Source: a virus
Taxonomy: Duplodnaviria > Caudoviricetes
Virus record (IMG/VR): IMGVR_UViG_3300017987_005501
Strand: one strand, 5' to 3'
DNA: 64,000 nucleotides
The translations under genes were made by a program, and so were the position numbers. Below the pieces are notes generated by a model. The model saw only the letters and a program-made list of their open reading frames with translations. It was not told where the DNA came from and made no database searches. Shown piece after piece: positions 1-20,811 of this stretch. The first letter of the stretch is position 1, and every line of letters begins with the position of its first letter.

Positions 1-2134
1 GTTGCCCGCTAGAATGGATTGATATAGTTTTATTAAACCCATCTAGAGTCAATAAAGGATATATTGGAACAATCGGGTTTGCCCCAAAGGAATCATCATT
101 TTCGAAATTAAACGTTAAATTGGCTGTAGTTGCTTCTTTTCTAATTTTCCAGCCTCTAACAGCATCAAAAACTCCAAAAGCCCCTGTATCAGAATATAAA
201 TGCAAGGATGAAGTTTTATCCCTATCAGTGGAAATCGCAAAATAGTCGGAAGAACTAGCCTGGACCACAAAGGAACCATTATTTCCGGTATTAGAATCAT
301 AATAAACAAGGCCATCATGTGAGTTATAAAAATCTGGACGCCAATCTAAGGTAGGGTCTACCAAGGCAGGGCCCGTAACCGAAAAAGTAAAAAGTGATTG
401 TTTTTGCCGACCTGCATTTCCAACATAAGTAGTATTGGCTAATTCACTAAATGTGTTGATATAAATATTGTTTGGGTTAATAATATTAAATTGAGAAGGG
501 AGAGGATCCCCTCGCCCATACAGAATTCTAAATGATGCCCCTGAAGATTTTTGATCAAATGCCAAATTTGAAATTGAATTAAAAGAGGAGTCCTCGATAT
601 ATACGGTGGAGTTGTCATCGGCCACAATCCCGGTATCCAGTGTATCTGCTATGCTATTTCTTATATCAATTGTGGAGTTACCAGTGGCTGAAATAAGGGT
701 TCCCCCAGAAACAAATTCACATTCCCTAGCCCGAATTTCTGCCGACCCACTTGCTGCAAGAATAATTCCTGCATTATTTTCGAAATAACAATTCCAAATG
801 TCTATATAAACATTAGCAAAACAGCCACAGATAGCTTTATACTGAATATTTATTATATCCGAAGTATAAATAACTACTTCACAATCATCAAACGCTCCAA
901 AATAGGCATAACAGCCGGTACCATCTACCCCATTCAAATAAACATACTCTGTATTTCCTCCGCTAGCATAGCTAAGAAGAGCGGCACACCCTGGGGTTGT
1001 TAAGTACCCTGGGGTATCCGAACCATCAATTGCTATATTCGAAATTTGCGCAGGGTAATTAAATCTGAAAACAGGTTGGGGGGAAGATACCATCGCAGTA
1101 GAAGGTTTAATTTGCGTAACTGCTTCTCCAACACCTGTAACTTTTTTCAAATAAGGGTTGTCAAATAGCAGCGTTCCAGAAATTTCATACTCTCCACCCG
1201 CAATAAAAATCTCGGTTTCAGCAGTTATATTAGCATTAGCCCAATCAAAAGCAGCTTTAGGGTCTGTAAAATCGCCCCCTTTTTTCGCGACGGTTATTCG
1301 GGAAGCAAATCGCTTATTCATGTTTATGTTAACATAAATTTTCCCGTTGGAGGGGTCTGAAACAAGCACATTCCCCATTTTTACAAACCCAGCAGGGGGG
1401 ATTGGGTCTTCTGTCGTTATTTGCCCTGGGGTTGGGCCTAAATACAAAATACTTCCAGCTGCCCAAGAAGAGGTATCTAGATTTCGAACTATCCCTGCAG
1501 TTGTTATAAAACCGTTTTGTCCATTAGGAATATCCTCAGTTGCAAGCCCTAAAGTGGCATTAACCTCTAAGTCTGTATTAGACGAAGCTAAAGCTACTGT
1601 AGGTCTTTCGTTTAAGGACCCCGTAACATAGACAGCGCTTCCATTATCTATTTGAGCTCCTGTGTTATTCGCAGCTAAAACTAAAAATTCTTGCCCTATT
1701 TGTAATCGGACCTCGCCCCCCGGCATACCTAGTTCTAAAGTCTGGCTTTCCGAATCCCAATGTAAAGTTCCACTTGCGTGCGTTATACCACTTACTGTTT
1801 GATCAAAAACGACTTTTCGTTGCTGTCCAAAATCTCCGGTTAAATTTAAATATCTATCGTCGTAGTCTTGAAGCCCAACTTCGGAAAGGTAAGAGTCAAC
1901 TTCAGATTGAGGGATATCAGAAGTACCATCATTAAGGATTAAAGTGGAAGACCCAGCACCAAAGGCATCGTCTGTTGCATAGGTTTTTAAGTCTGTAGAA
2001 GAGTAAGCATCATCTAAATCGCCTTGTTTAGTGAGAGTTTCAGACCCCCCAGATGCTGGGATAATGATTCCCATATCTCTAATTAGGACATCTGATGATT
2101 GACTAGGGTTAGTTTTAATAACTAAAATTGCCAT
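1..2134 (-). CDS. Virion fibre/adhesin-like protein, 3' end runs off the window (not in the supplied ORF track)
   Basis: ATG at 2134 (MAILVIKTNPSQSSDVLIRDMG...). I read the frame by hand and found no stop down to base 1 (>=711 aa). The N-terminal ~75 aa are paralogous to the N-terminus of 2153..4684. A pectinesterase-like ITVAKKGGDFTDPKAAF motif is followed by Asn/Ile/Gly-rich beta-helix-like sequence. Confidence 0.75.
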   Translation of the reverse strand, partial: MAILVIKTNPSQSSDVLIRDMGIIIPASGGSETLTKQGDLDDAYSSTDLKTYATDDAFGAGSSTLILNDGTSDIPQSEVDSYLSEVGLQDYDDRYLNLTGDFGQQRKVVFDQTVSGITHASGTLHWDSESQTLELGMPGGEVRLQIGQEFLVLAANNTGAQIDNGSAVYVTGSLNERPTVALASSNTDLEVNATLGLATEDIPNGQNGFITTAGIVRNLDTSSWAAGSILYLGPTPGQITTEDPIPPAGFVKMGNVLVSDPSNGKIYVNINMNKRFASRITVAKKGGDFTDPKAAFDWANANITAETEIFIAGGEYEISGTLLFDNPYLKKVTGVGEAVTQIKPSTAMVSSPQPVFRFNYPAQISNIAIDGSDTPGYLTTPGCAALLSYASGGNTEYVYLNGVDGTGCYAYFGAFDDCEVVIYTSDIINIQYKAICGCFANVYIDIWNCYFENNAGIILAASGSAEIRARECEFVSGGTLISATGNSTIDIRNSIADTLDTGIVADDNSTVYIEDSSFNSISNLAFDQKSSGASFRILYGRGDPLPSQFNIINPNNIYINTFSELANTTYVGNAGRQKQSLFTFSVTGPALVDPTLDWRPDFYNSHDGLVYYDSNTGNNGSFVVQASSSDYFAISTDRDKTSSLHLYSDTGAFGVFDAVRGWKIRKEATTANLTFNFENDDSFGANPIVPIYPLLTLDGFNKTISIHSSGQ

Positions 2135-2152
2135 CTATTTATACCTTTTCAT

Positions 2153-4684
2153 TTATGATTCGAAAATTGCGAGAACATTTAGTTCGTCAAAATCTGAACC
2201 TCCAGCTCCCGCAGTCCTCACTAGCCTTGCCCCGATCTCATCGCCAGCTGAAACATTTCCTAAAGACCCCGTCGTATATGCTGAAGCATTCCCAGAATTT
2301 AGGGTTAAAGAAGCAACTATAGCTGGAACCCCCGAAGGAGAAGTAAGAATATCGACTCTATAGGTATTGGTTGCATCTGCTGTATCCACCCTAATTGAAA
2401 TTGCTATTAAAGTAGTATTAAACGGAATCGTATCCCCCGCATCAGAAGTAATAACACCTTCCCCTGTTTTTAGGTAACGGGTACCACCAGAAAGAACTCC
2501 TAAATCATGAGTATATCGTAAACTAACCCCATTTGGGGATGGGCCTGTTGAGCCTTGGATTCCGGTTCCCCCAGAGAACCCGGTTAATCCTTGGATTCCG
2601 GTTCCCCCAGGAAGTCCTGTAACTCCTTGGATTCCAGTAACCCCTTGGATACCTGTAACCCCTTGGATACCTGTAACCCCTTGGATTCCTGTTTGTCCTT
2701 GGGACGTTACCCAAGAAGTCCCGATAGGGTAAGAAGAGCAAATGTACCAAATACCCGTTCCTATATCTTTATATCTTTGTCCAAAGATCCCCGTAACAGA
2801 CCCATTTGGGTTTCCTGTCGCTTGAATATTGCCAGAATTATATTTATTAGACGTATCAGCGTCTGCTATTAATGTTGTTACATTAGATCCAAATTGGTTC
2901 GGACCAATTTCATTATCATCACATCCGTTTGCAACCTCAACCCCTGTATTCGCATAATTAATAACCAGGCCTTTAACAATATTTCTATCTGACCCATTTG
3001 TTAAAAGAATTCCGTTTCTAAAATTAGTTCCATCTCCGTCCAGAATATTTTCTTCCAAGGAGCAATCCTGGCAATCGTAAATATAAAGGCCCCATGTTCC
3101 GCTATTATTTGTTTTTATAACTGAATTATTTGCAACGTTACACTCATTCCCCCCCACAAGGGCTAACCCAATTGTATTTGCGTTATACCCAACATCAGAT
3201 GCCCTATTATTAAAAATGCTACATGCTGTTGTATCTACAAAGGCAAAACTCGTTTCCCTGTTGAATTCAACAATATTCCCATTAACAATAGAATCAAAAA
3301 TCCTATTTCCATACCCATAAGTACCTAGTGTGTTATTCCCATCCATATGGATTCCATCAACCCAGGCTACCGAACTTGAATCGGAAGTTACAATACAATT
3401 TGAGCAAATAAATTGTTTTCCTGGAGCTGTTGTGCTATCAGTAAACAAAATACCAACACGAAGATCTGTTTTTAATGCCGTGCTAAGAACCCTTAAATTT
3501 TGACAACCATTTTTTTCTCCACCATTGATTTGAATTCCATGGATATTGGGTTCAACAGAAAGAGTGAAATCTTGAAGCATACAATTAGGGACTGGAACAG
3601 TCCCATTCGTAGCCCCAAGATTAATTGCGGCATCATTTGCTGTAGTCCCACCCGCCCAAGTTGTGTTAAGGGCCCGAATTATGGGGTTTCCAATTCCGAT
3701 TAAGGTAACACCACTAGAAGTAATATTTAAGGAAGTGGTTATCTCATGAATTCCTGGAAGAAGAAATACCGTACCACCCCCCGCAGTTTGAATGCTATCA
3801 ATTGCAACTTGAATTCTTTCTCCTGTTGCCACATATAGAGAACCATCTGGAATCCCAATTAATGTACCAGTTGTTGCATCTGCGCGTGCCGCATCATCCA
3901 TATAGACGTTTTCTTGGGCAAATTGAAGGGTGCCTGATAGATTTGTTCCAATACAAACCCAAAAAGGATTAATAAAAGGAGAACCCGCATCCACCATAGT
4001 TCCATTTTGGTCGAGTTGTCCGCAATCCCTAAATAATGTTGAGAAAATGGCGGGAGGGGAAGTCGCGCCAAAAATACTTGTTCCGGAAGCGGGAGAAAAA
4101 GAAACACCAAGAAAATCATTTCCTCCCTCAAATATATCCAAAAACCAGGTCCCAGAAAATCCAGAAGCAGGGGTTTCTATTTCAACACCTCGGAAAGTCG
4201 TTGTTCCAATTTGAAGTTTTCCAGTTCCCTGGGCTCTTATTGTTGCTCTGGCAGACCCTTCTACTGCAGATATTGTGCAACCCCGAAGATCAACCGAAGT
4301 TGATACATCATGAGTTCCTGCTATTAACCCAATTCTCCCTCCCCTTCTATTATTGCTTTGAAGGAGAGCTGTAGCAGCGGCAGAGATTGTCGTATAATCT
4401 CCATTTCCATTAGGATCCACGATTAAATCTGTAGCCGACCTCCCAGTATCAAACCATTGAATAAAATCATTAAGGGCACTAGCAGCAATATCTGTTGTTC
4501 CATCATTAAGGGTAAGAGTCCCCCCACTAGCTAAGGATCGTATGTTTCTAGAAGTTAAGTGTTTCCTAATTTCAATTAAATCAGTTAAGGTTTCACTGCT
4601 AGAAGCTCCTATAACTACCCCAGTATCTGCAATAGTTACAGCAGATCCTGTATTATTTTTAATGATTAATGATTTTATGGACAT
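2153..4684 (-). CDS. 843-aa modular fibre/tailspike-like protein: N-terminal module, right-handed beta-helix domains, short collagen segment, C-terminal beta domain
   Basis: Motifs LIVDPNGNGDYTTISAA and IQVAIDSIQTAGGGTVFLLPG (pectin-lyase-like beta-helix starts), parallel beta-helix repeats, (GxTGIQ)n at ~2540-2700, and a C-terminal 126 aa paralogous to the C-terminus of 4702..15102. Confidence 0.75.
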   Translation of the reverse strand: MSIKSLIIKNNTGSAVTIADTGVVIGASSSETLTDLIEIRKHLTSRNIRSLASGGTLTLNDGTTDIAASALNDFIQWFDTGRSATDLIVDPNGNGDYTTISAAATALLQSNNRRGGRIGLIAGTHDVSTSVDLRGCTISAVEGSARATIRAQGTGKLQIGTTTFRGVEIETPASGFSGTWFLDIFEGGNDFLGVSFSPASGTSIFGATSPPAIFSTLFRDCGQLDQNGTMVDAGSPFINPFWVCIGTNLSGTLQFAQENVYMDDAARADATTGTLIGIPDGSLYVATGERIQVAIDSIQTAGGGTVFLLPGIHEITTSLNITSSGVTLIGIGNPIIRALNTTWAGGTTANDAAINLGATNGTVPVPNCMLQDFTLSVEPNIHGIQINGGEKNGCQNLRVLSTALKTDLRVGILFTDSTTAPGKQFICSNCIVTSDSSSVAWVDGIHMDGNNTLGTYGYGNRIFDSIVNGNIVEFNRETSFAFVDTTACSIFNNRASDVGYNANTIGLALVGGNECNVANNSVIKTNNSGTWGLYIYDCQDCSLEENILDGDGTNFRNGILLTNGSDRNIVKGLVINYANTGVEVANGCDDNEIGPNQFGSNVTTLIADADTSNKYNSGNIQATGNPNGSVTGIFGQRYKDIGTGIWYICSSYPIGTSWVTSQGQTGIQGVTGIQGVTGIQGVTGIQGVTGLPGGTGIQGLTGFSGGTGIQGSTGPSPNGVSLRYTHDLGVLSGGTRYLKTGEGVITSDAGDTIPFNTTLIAISIRVDTADATNTYRVDILTSPSGVPAIVASLTLNSGNASAYTTGSLGNVSAGDEIGARLVRTAGAGGSDFDELNVLAIFES

Positions 4685-4701
4685 CGTTTATTCCTACGTT
4701 A

Positions 4702-15102
<10,401 letters not shown>

Positions 15103-15120
15103 CTAAAACTCTTTCTCATA

Positions 15121-15140
15121 GTTTTGGCATGATGCAAAAC
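15121..15140. promoter_or_regulatory. Near-perfect palindrome 19 nt upstream of the collagen start codon (operator or RNA hairpin)
   Basis: GTTTTGGCATGATGCAAAAC. Confidence 0.3.
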
Positions 15141-15281
15141 GGTTCTTTATTAAAGGAGTTAGAAAAAAAGAATATTCATGTTTTTCCAAAATTAATCTTA
15201 AACATAATAAAAAATGTTGATTTAGATCTCGGTATTAATGGGTGAAAGCCACCAGAAAAAGGAAGAAACCCCATTTCTATA

Positions 15282-15878
15282 ATGAGACCTATGGACAATA
15301 AAATTGAATTAATTAAAAAAATTAAAAAAGATTGTTTTAACTGTAAAACTTGTGATATTGGTAAAAATTTGGTTTTAGATCAAAAAGATCCACATGTTTT
15401 TGCGAGTGGAGAGCTTGGAGCTAAGGTTGTAGTTGTTGCTCAGAACCCAGGGAAAGAAGAAGTAAATAAAAAATTACCTTTAATCGGTCCTTCCGGAAAA
15501 AATCTTAATGCTCTTTTAGGATTGGCTGGGTTAAAAAGAAAAGAAATTTACATAACAAATACTGTAAAGTGCTTCACTCCCCAAAATAGGGCTCCCTTTC
15601 CCGCCGAAATTAAAGCGTGTAAAGATTTTCTTAAAAGAGAGCTAGAGGCAATTAAACCAAGGCTTATTTTAGCACTTGGGAATTACGCTGTAAAATATTT
15701 CGTAAAAAAAGGTGGAGTTTTAAGTCTTCATGGCACGATTATACATTCTGATGAATTTAACGTTGATGTTTTTGTTACCCTCCATCCCTCCCCCATGAAC
15801 TATAATCGGGACACATCAAAAAAGGTTCTTCTAGAAGATTTCACTAAACTAAAAGAAATTTTGCAGAATTATAAATGA
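15282..15878 (+). CDS. udg: Uracil-DNA glycosylase family 4 (Fe-S type)
   Basis: CxxCxxC-type N-terminal Cys (CFNCKTC), VAQNPGKEE, LIGPSG, YITNTVKC..PQNRAP..EIKAC, TLHPS. Confidence 0.9.
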   Translation: MRPMDNKIELIKKIKKDCFNCKTCDIGKNLVLDQKDPHVFASGELGAKVVVVAQNPGKEEVNKKLPLIGPSGKNLNALLGLAGLKRKEIYITNTVKCFTPQNRAPFPAEIKACKDFLKRELEAIKPRLILALGNYAVKYFVKKGGVLSLHGTIIHSDEFNVDVFVTLHPSPMNYNRDTSKKVLLEDFTKLKEILQNYK

Positions 15879-16636
15879 TTTCGAAAACCCCAAAAGAAAT
15901 TAAGAAAATTCGGAAAGCAAATAAGCTAGTTGCCGAAGCCCATCTTCTTGTTGAAAAAGCTATTAAACCCGGAATTAGTACCTTAGAGCTTGATTCCATC
16001 GTTACAAAATACTTTAAGGAAAAAAATATAACTCCAGCTTTCCTCGGTTATCGTGGCTTCCCCGCAACAACTTGTCTCAGTGTAAACGAAGAAATCGTTC
16101 ATGGAATTCCATCTAAGGAAAGAATTTTGAGAGATGGCGATATTATAGCAGTAGATATTGGATCTATAGTCAAAAAGTATTACGGGGATGCTGCTAAAAC
16201 TTACCCCGTAGGAGCTATTTCGGAGGAGCTTAAAAAATTGCTTTTCCATAATAAACAAGCCTTATATGAAGCGATTAAGGTAGCAAAACCAGGTAATACA
16301 ATTCGAGATATTGCAAATACAATAAAAAGCTATGCAGTTATGTGGGGATATGAAGTTGTTACAAATTATGGAGGACATGGGGTAGGAAAAAAATTGCACG
16401 AAGAGCCATTCGTCCCAAACGAAGCCCTTTCTACCTATAGGGACGATCTTAACGTAAAAATCGTGCCGGGGATGACCATAGCAATTGAACCCATGTTTTG
16501 TTTAGGATCAAGCGAAAATAAAGTTTTAGCAGACAACTGGACGGTAGTAACGAAAGATGGCAAACCGGCAGCGCATTTTGAACATACTATTGCAATAACT
16601 GAAAAAGGAAATGAAATTTTAAGTTCCTTAGACTAG
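15875..16636 (+). CDS. map: Methionine aminopeptidase type I
   Basis: GYRGFPATTCLSVNEEIVHGIP, VDIG..YGDAAKT, GHGVG..LHEEP, IEPM, HFEHT; all metal ligands are present. Confidence 0.97.
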   Translation: MISKTPKEIKKIRKANKLVAEAHLLVEKAIKPGISTLELDSIVTKYFKEKNITPAFLGYRGFPATTCLSVNEEIVHGIPSKERILRDGDIIAVDIGSIVKKYYGDAAKTYPVGAISEELKKLLFHNKQALYEAIKVAKPGNTIRDIANTIKSYAVMWGYEVVTNYGGHGVGKKLHEEPFVPNEALSTYRDDLNVKIVPGMTIAIEPMFCLGSSENKVLADNWTVVTKDGKPAAHFEHTIAITEKGNEILSSLD

Positions 16637-16646
16637 GAGAGAAGTT

Positions 16647-17411
16647 ATGAAATTTTTAAATTGCCTCGGGCTTTCCGATATAAAATTTGTTGAAAAAAAC
16701 GATCGTTCCGCAAAATGCAAGCAATCAAAAGAAGAAATTAAAAGGGGGGAACCTGTTTGGATTCTAACTTCATATAGGCAACCCCAGAAATTTAAAAGAT
16801 CACACATTCAGGTTCCCGTAGCAAAAAAAGTAAAGATTGAATACGCCTTTCATAGGTTTCTTCTGCCGCATAAACAATTTTATAAAATTTTAGTAAGCAA
16901 AGCTGATGTCGCGAAAAGTAAGTCCTTAAATGATATGGTTATTATCCAGATGCAGGAATGGATTACAAAATCTTTAAAATATCTTAAAAAATTGCTCCCT
17001 GCAACACACAAACATATACTGGAGCAATTGGTATATAAATTAGAAGAAAAATCCGAGGTGGAAAGTGCTTCTCAAGAAAATGAAACAAGTAATCAAAAAC
17101 ATGTAGGATTACAAAGCATTTTTTCGCCAAGCTCTTTATCCCGAAAGAACCAGAAAAAGTTTAAGGATTTTAATCTACGTAGTATAATTTTCTTGTTACG
17201 TTATTTTGGAAAAAATTGGGATTTTGCGAGTTGCTTTACCTTGGAGCGAGCGGACCTCAGAAAACTTGCAAAGTTCCTTCAAGAAGTAGATCTAACGAAA
17301 CCCTTAGAAAATTTGGAAACGGAGATAGAAATTTGGTATAAAGAAAATCTTAAGCCTGAAAAGGTTGTTTATAAAAGTAGTTATAGTGATGGCGAACTTG
17401 ACGAAGTATAG
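16647..17411 (+). CDS. Hypothetical protein (254 aa)
   Basis: SD-preceded ORF tightly packed between map and def; no family recognised. Confidence 0.7.
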   Translation: MKFLNCLGLSDIKFVEKNDRSAKCKQSKEEIKRGEPVWILTSYRQPQKFKRSHIQVPVAKKVKIEYAFHRFLLPHKQFYKILVSKADVAKSKSLNDMVIIQMQEWITKSLKYLKKLLPATHKHILEQLVYKLEEKSEVESASQENETSNQKHVGLQSIFSPSSLSRKNQKKFKDFNLRSIIFLLRYFGKNWDFASCFTLERADLRKLAKFLQEVDLTKPLENLETEIEIWYKENLKPEKVVYKSSYSDGELDEV

Positions 17412-17420
17412 GAGATAAAA

Positions 17421-17975
17421 ATGGAATTAAAAAGGTACCCCAACCCAGTTTTAGGCGAAGAGGCTAAAGAAGTTACCTCCTTTAACCTAGATCTAGAGGA
17501 AAAAGTTGAAGAGATGTTTGAAATCCTTGAAAAACAAGGAGGAGTAGGGCTTGCTGCAACACAGGTTGGCCTTTTAGAGTCTTTTTTCGTTATAAAATTA
17601 AATGAAAAGAAATATACTTTTATTAACCCTATTATAGAAGAAGCCAGCGGGGAACAACGCTTTCTTGAAGGTTGTTTGAGTTTTCCGGGGGTTATGTTCG
17701 AAGTAACCCGGCCTGCTCGTCTAAAAATGAAATATCAGGACCTAGAGGGGGACGAACAAACTCTAGATACTGAAAAGGAAAATATCCTTGCCCAAATTAT
17801 TCAGCACGAGCTAGACCACTTATATGGCCGTACCTTCATTGAATATATGACCGAGCTTGATCGAAATAAGAATAAGAAATCTTTTCGCCTCCTAGAGAAA
17901 CTTTATAAAAAGGAGGAAAGACAGAAAAGGTTAAAGAATAAACCAAAAGTTAAAGTTAAAGTTAAAAAACACTAG
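17421..17975 (+). CDS. def: Peptide deformylase
   Basis: GVGLAATQVG, EGCLS and QHELDHLYG motifs; very basic C-terminal tail. Confidence 0.97.
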   Translation: MELKRYPNPVLGEEAKEVTSFNLDLEEKVEEMFEILEKQGGVGLAATQVGLLESFFVIKLNEKKYTFINPIIEEASGEQRFLEGCLSFPGVMFEVTRPARLKMKYQDLEGDEQTLDTEKENILAQIIQHELDHLYGRTFIEYMTELDRNKNKKSFRLLEKLYKKEERQKRLKNKPKVKVKVKKH

Positions 17976-17989
17976 AAAAAGAGGATAAA

Positions 17990-18592
17990 ATGGGATCGCT
18001 CTTAGCACAACCGACGCTCGTTCTAAATAAGTCCTGGATCGCAATTGCGACGACTACTGTTAGGTCCGTAATTACCATGGTCTTTAGCGGTTCTGCTATG
18101 ATAGTTAACCCCGATACTTATCAGGTTTATAGTTTTAACGAATGGAAAGATTTTTCCGTTGAAAACCTTGATAATAAAAAAGTTTTACAGGGCGTTGACT
18201 TCAAATTAGTAGTACCCGAGGTAGTGTTACTAAAAAAATATAATAAAATCCCTAAAACTCACCTTCCCTTTACGCGTAAAAATTTATACGCGAGGGATAA
18301 CTACATGTGTCAGTATTGCGGGGCAACCCCTGGGGCAAAAGAGCTTACAATCGACCATGTTTTTCCCAGATCCCGCGGAGGTGAAACTTCTTGGGAAAAT
18401 TGCGTTCTAAGTTGTGTCGGCTGCAATATGAAAAAAGGGGATAGGACTCCGAGAGAACTTGGGTGGAGATTTAAGACGAAGCCCGTTCAACCAAAATGGA
18501 GCCCAGCCTTTAAGGTTAAAGAAATTAAGGTACTAAGTAGTTGGCAAAAATTCATAGATGCTGCTTATTGGAATATTGAGCTTGAAGAATAG
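17990..18592 (+). CDS. HNH endonuclease (McrA-like)
   Basis: TRKNLYARDNYMCQYCG, LTIDHVFPRSRGGETSWENCVLSCVGCNMKKG. Confidence 0.92.
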   Translation: MGSLLAQPTLVLNKSWIAIATTTVRSVITMVFSGSAMIVNPDTYQVYSFNEWKDFSVENLDNKKVLQGVDFKLVVPEVVLLKKYNKIPKTHLPFTRKNLYARDNYMCQYCGATPGAKELTIDHVFPRSRGGETSWENCVLSCVGCNMKKGDRTPRELGWRFKTKPVQPKWSPAFKVKEIKVLSSWQKFIDAAYWNIELEE

Positions 18593-18600
18593 GAGAAACC

Positions 18601-19152
18601 ATGGAAAAAGATAATGCTTTTCTTATAGACCAAGGGGTTTGGTCTGATTACCCCCAACTAGAAAAGCAAGGATACGTTAAGGTTTTTACGGTAGTTGGAG
18701 ATAACCTTCCCCAGAAAATGGAGAAGGTTGTTTCTATTCCCTATAAAACTGGCTTCGTAATTAATGAAAACGTATCCTTGGCCTCCGAATCTTATCATGA
18801 ACGGGCAATTTGGGTGCCGCGGCAAAAGGCAACAAAGTTTTATAAAACAGATTTTTATAAATTAGTAGAGATACAACACCCGGAATCCTCCGTTTATATT
18901 ACAAGAGGCCTCCAGATTTTAACTAATTTCGGGGTAAAATGGGAACCTCTTGAAGCGATTTACGAACATCGGTTCTATAAAATTCAGCTAAAAGAGGAAA
19001 AGCTTAATTTAATGTTCAACAAACAGTTTAAGTCCCTTACGATCTGGAACCAAGAAAAGAAAGACCAACTCGATGACGTAAAAATCGAATTAGATGATTC
19101 TTGGGAAAAGAGACTAAAAACAGTAATTGAAAACCTCTTGGCAGGGAAATGA
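18601..19152 (+). CDS. Hypothetical protein
   Basis: SD (GGAG) plus ATG; packed in the operon. Confidence 0.65.
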   Translation: MEKDNAFLIDQGVWSDYPQLEKQGYVKVFTVVGDNLPQKMEKVVSIPYKTGFVINENVSLASESYHERAIWVPRQKATKFYKTDFYKLVEIQHPESSVYITRGLQILTNFGVKWEPLEAIYEHRFYKIQLKEEKLNLMFNKQFKSLTIWNQEKKDQLDDVKIELDDSWEKRLKTVIENLLAGK

Positions 19153-19469
19153 AGTTAAAACTTTTTAATAATATTAGATTAAGCTCTACTACAGAAAGTA
19201 ATAAAGTATTAATCTTTAGATATGAATGCCCAGTGTGTTACACAAAAGATTATTATTTGTGTTTAGATCCAGGGGGTATTGTTCTTTGTTTTAATTGTGG
19301 CGAGACCCTCTACGTTCGAGAAATGCTCGAATGCACTGATCCTGATTTATGTAAAAGAATTATAGAATTAGATGTTGGAGAAATTAGGGAAACAACTGAA
19401 AATGCAGAATTTACTGCAAAATTAGAAAAAGAGTTGTTGAAGGATCTTAAACAAAAATATGAAAATTAA
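19149..19469 (+). CDS. Small zinc-ribbon protein
   Basis: CPVC...CFNC pairs; ATGA overlap with the upstream gene. Confidence 0.6.
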   Translation: MKLKLFNNIRLSSTTESNKVLIFRYECPVCYTKDYYLCLDPGGIVLCFNCGETLYVREMLECTDPDLCKRIIELDVGEIRETTENAEFTAKLEKELLKDLKQKYEN

Positions 19470-19480
19470 GATTTAGACCA

Positions 19481-19912
19481 ATGCCAAAAAAGAAAACGGA
19501 AGAAACGCCGCTTGACGTTTTTAAAGATCAGTTTGAAGCACAAGTTAATTATAAGAGCATTGTCGATTCAAAATTTAAAGCAGTTACAGACACGGGGATT
19601 GTAAGGATAACTGCGAAAAGCGGGGTTGTTTGGGTGCTTGTTTTTAGTGAATTAGATAATATTATACCTAAACTAATCCTACCATATAATTCTATCCTAG
19701 CAATTATCCCTACAGAAGATGAGGCAGAAATTCCAGCAGCCGTAGAAGATTTTGGTTTAGCAGATTTAAATGTTAAAGCCGAGGTTATAACCGAAGATTC
19801 TAAAAGAAAAGAATTAGATTTAGAATCTAAGTTAAAAATTGGAACGGATTCGATTGGTGATATTGATCTGGACCCTCCTTCTTCAAAAATCGACTCTGAA
19901 ACCCAATTTTAA
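19481..19912 (+). CDS. Hypothetical acidic protein
   Basis: Intact ORF in an operon context. Confidence 0.6.
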   Translation: MPKKKTEETPLDVFKDQFEAQVNYKSIVDSKFKAVTDTGIVRITAKSGVVWVLVFSELDNIIPKLILPYNSILAIIPTEDEAEIPAAVEDFGLADLNVKAEVITEDSKRKELDLESKLKIGTDSIGDIDLDPPSSKIDSETQF

Positions 19913-19927
19913 ACTTAATGAGGCAGC

Positions 19928-20674
19928 ATGAAAAAGAAGTTTGATCCGTTTGAAAAGTTTGGGTTGTACTACAAACCCTCAAAAATAGAATTTTTAACTT
20001 ATTATCAAGACGATCTTTATAGAATAACGTTAAATCTTTTAAGCAAAAGAAATCTTAAGCTCGATTCGGATAAGGTCGAGGATTTTATACAAGAGTTAAA
20101 TCTTAAGATAGCATTTCGGAAAGAGCCTGGCAATAAACCCTCAAGGTTAGAACGTTACGACCCTTTTAGGAATATAAAGAAAAAATTTAAGGTTAAGTCT
20201 CCTAGCCTTTTTACATCATTAACAGGCGAAGAATTTGCTCGTTGTATTAGTTTTAAAACTTACCTGTATACAATCGTGAAAAACTACGTCGCCAATAAGG
20301 CAAAACAAGAAGCATCGAACAAGAAAAAGAATGGGGTTTCTCTCAATAGTAATCCCGATGACCCACAACTCTTTATCGTCAGTAACAGCGTTGAGAATTA
20401 TGCAAGCGAAGAAAAACGAGAAAAAATTCAATCTTATCTCAGTGAATTTGAAAGTTATCTCGTAAAGCAATGTACCCACCAGAAAAAACAGATATCACTT
20501 CTAACTGTTTGGAAATGTATTAAACATAGTTCTAGAAATAGAGAGATAGTTGAAATGTTACAAGAAATGTACCCCAAGGTTAAGATCAAAAATACGATGG
20601 TTACCAGGTATTTGCGCAAAATTAGGGATCATGCACAAAGATTTCGGCATTTAGTCGGGTCTTTAGAACTTTAA
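19928..20674 (+). CDS. Sigma-70-like factor (divergent), paralog 1
   Basis: Region-2-like EDFIQEL...RYDP...FKTYLYTIVKN and a C-terminal HTH-like REIVEML...TMVTRYLRKIR. Confidence 0.6.
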   Translation: MKKKFDPFEKFGLYYKPSKIEFLTYYQDDLYRITLNLLSKRNLKLDSDKVEDFIQELNLKIAFRKEPGNKPSRLERYDPFRNIKKKFKVKSPSLFTSLTGEEFARCISFKTYLYTIVKNYVANKAKQEASNKKKNGVSLNSNPDDPQLFIVSNSVENYASEEKREKIQSYLSEFESYLVKQCTHQKKQISLLTVWKCIKHSSRNREIVEMLQEMYPKVKIKNTMVTRYLRKIRDHAQRFRHLVGSLEL

Positions 20675-20742
20675 TACCTACTAAAAATCCAATAAAGTTT
20701 TAAGGAAAAAAGATATTTTTTCCCGTAGTAAATCTTAATTTC

Positions 20743-20761
20743 GCTATAAGATAGTTATAGC
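20743..20761. promoter_or_regulatory. 7-bp inverted repeat (operator-like) between the two sigma-like genes
   Basis: GCTATAA-gatag-TTATAGC. Confidence 0.3.
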
Positions 20762-20811
20762 AAGCAAGGTTAGCCCATCTTATCATCTATTTTATATAGG
20801 AGATTTTTGCG

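Noticed and set aside
16647-16800. PARP-type zinc finger in the gene between map and def (SAKCKQSKEEIKRGE)
   Set aside because: Only one of the expected Cys/His ligands is present; the resemblance is too weak.
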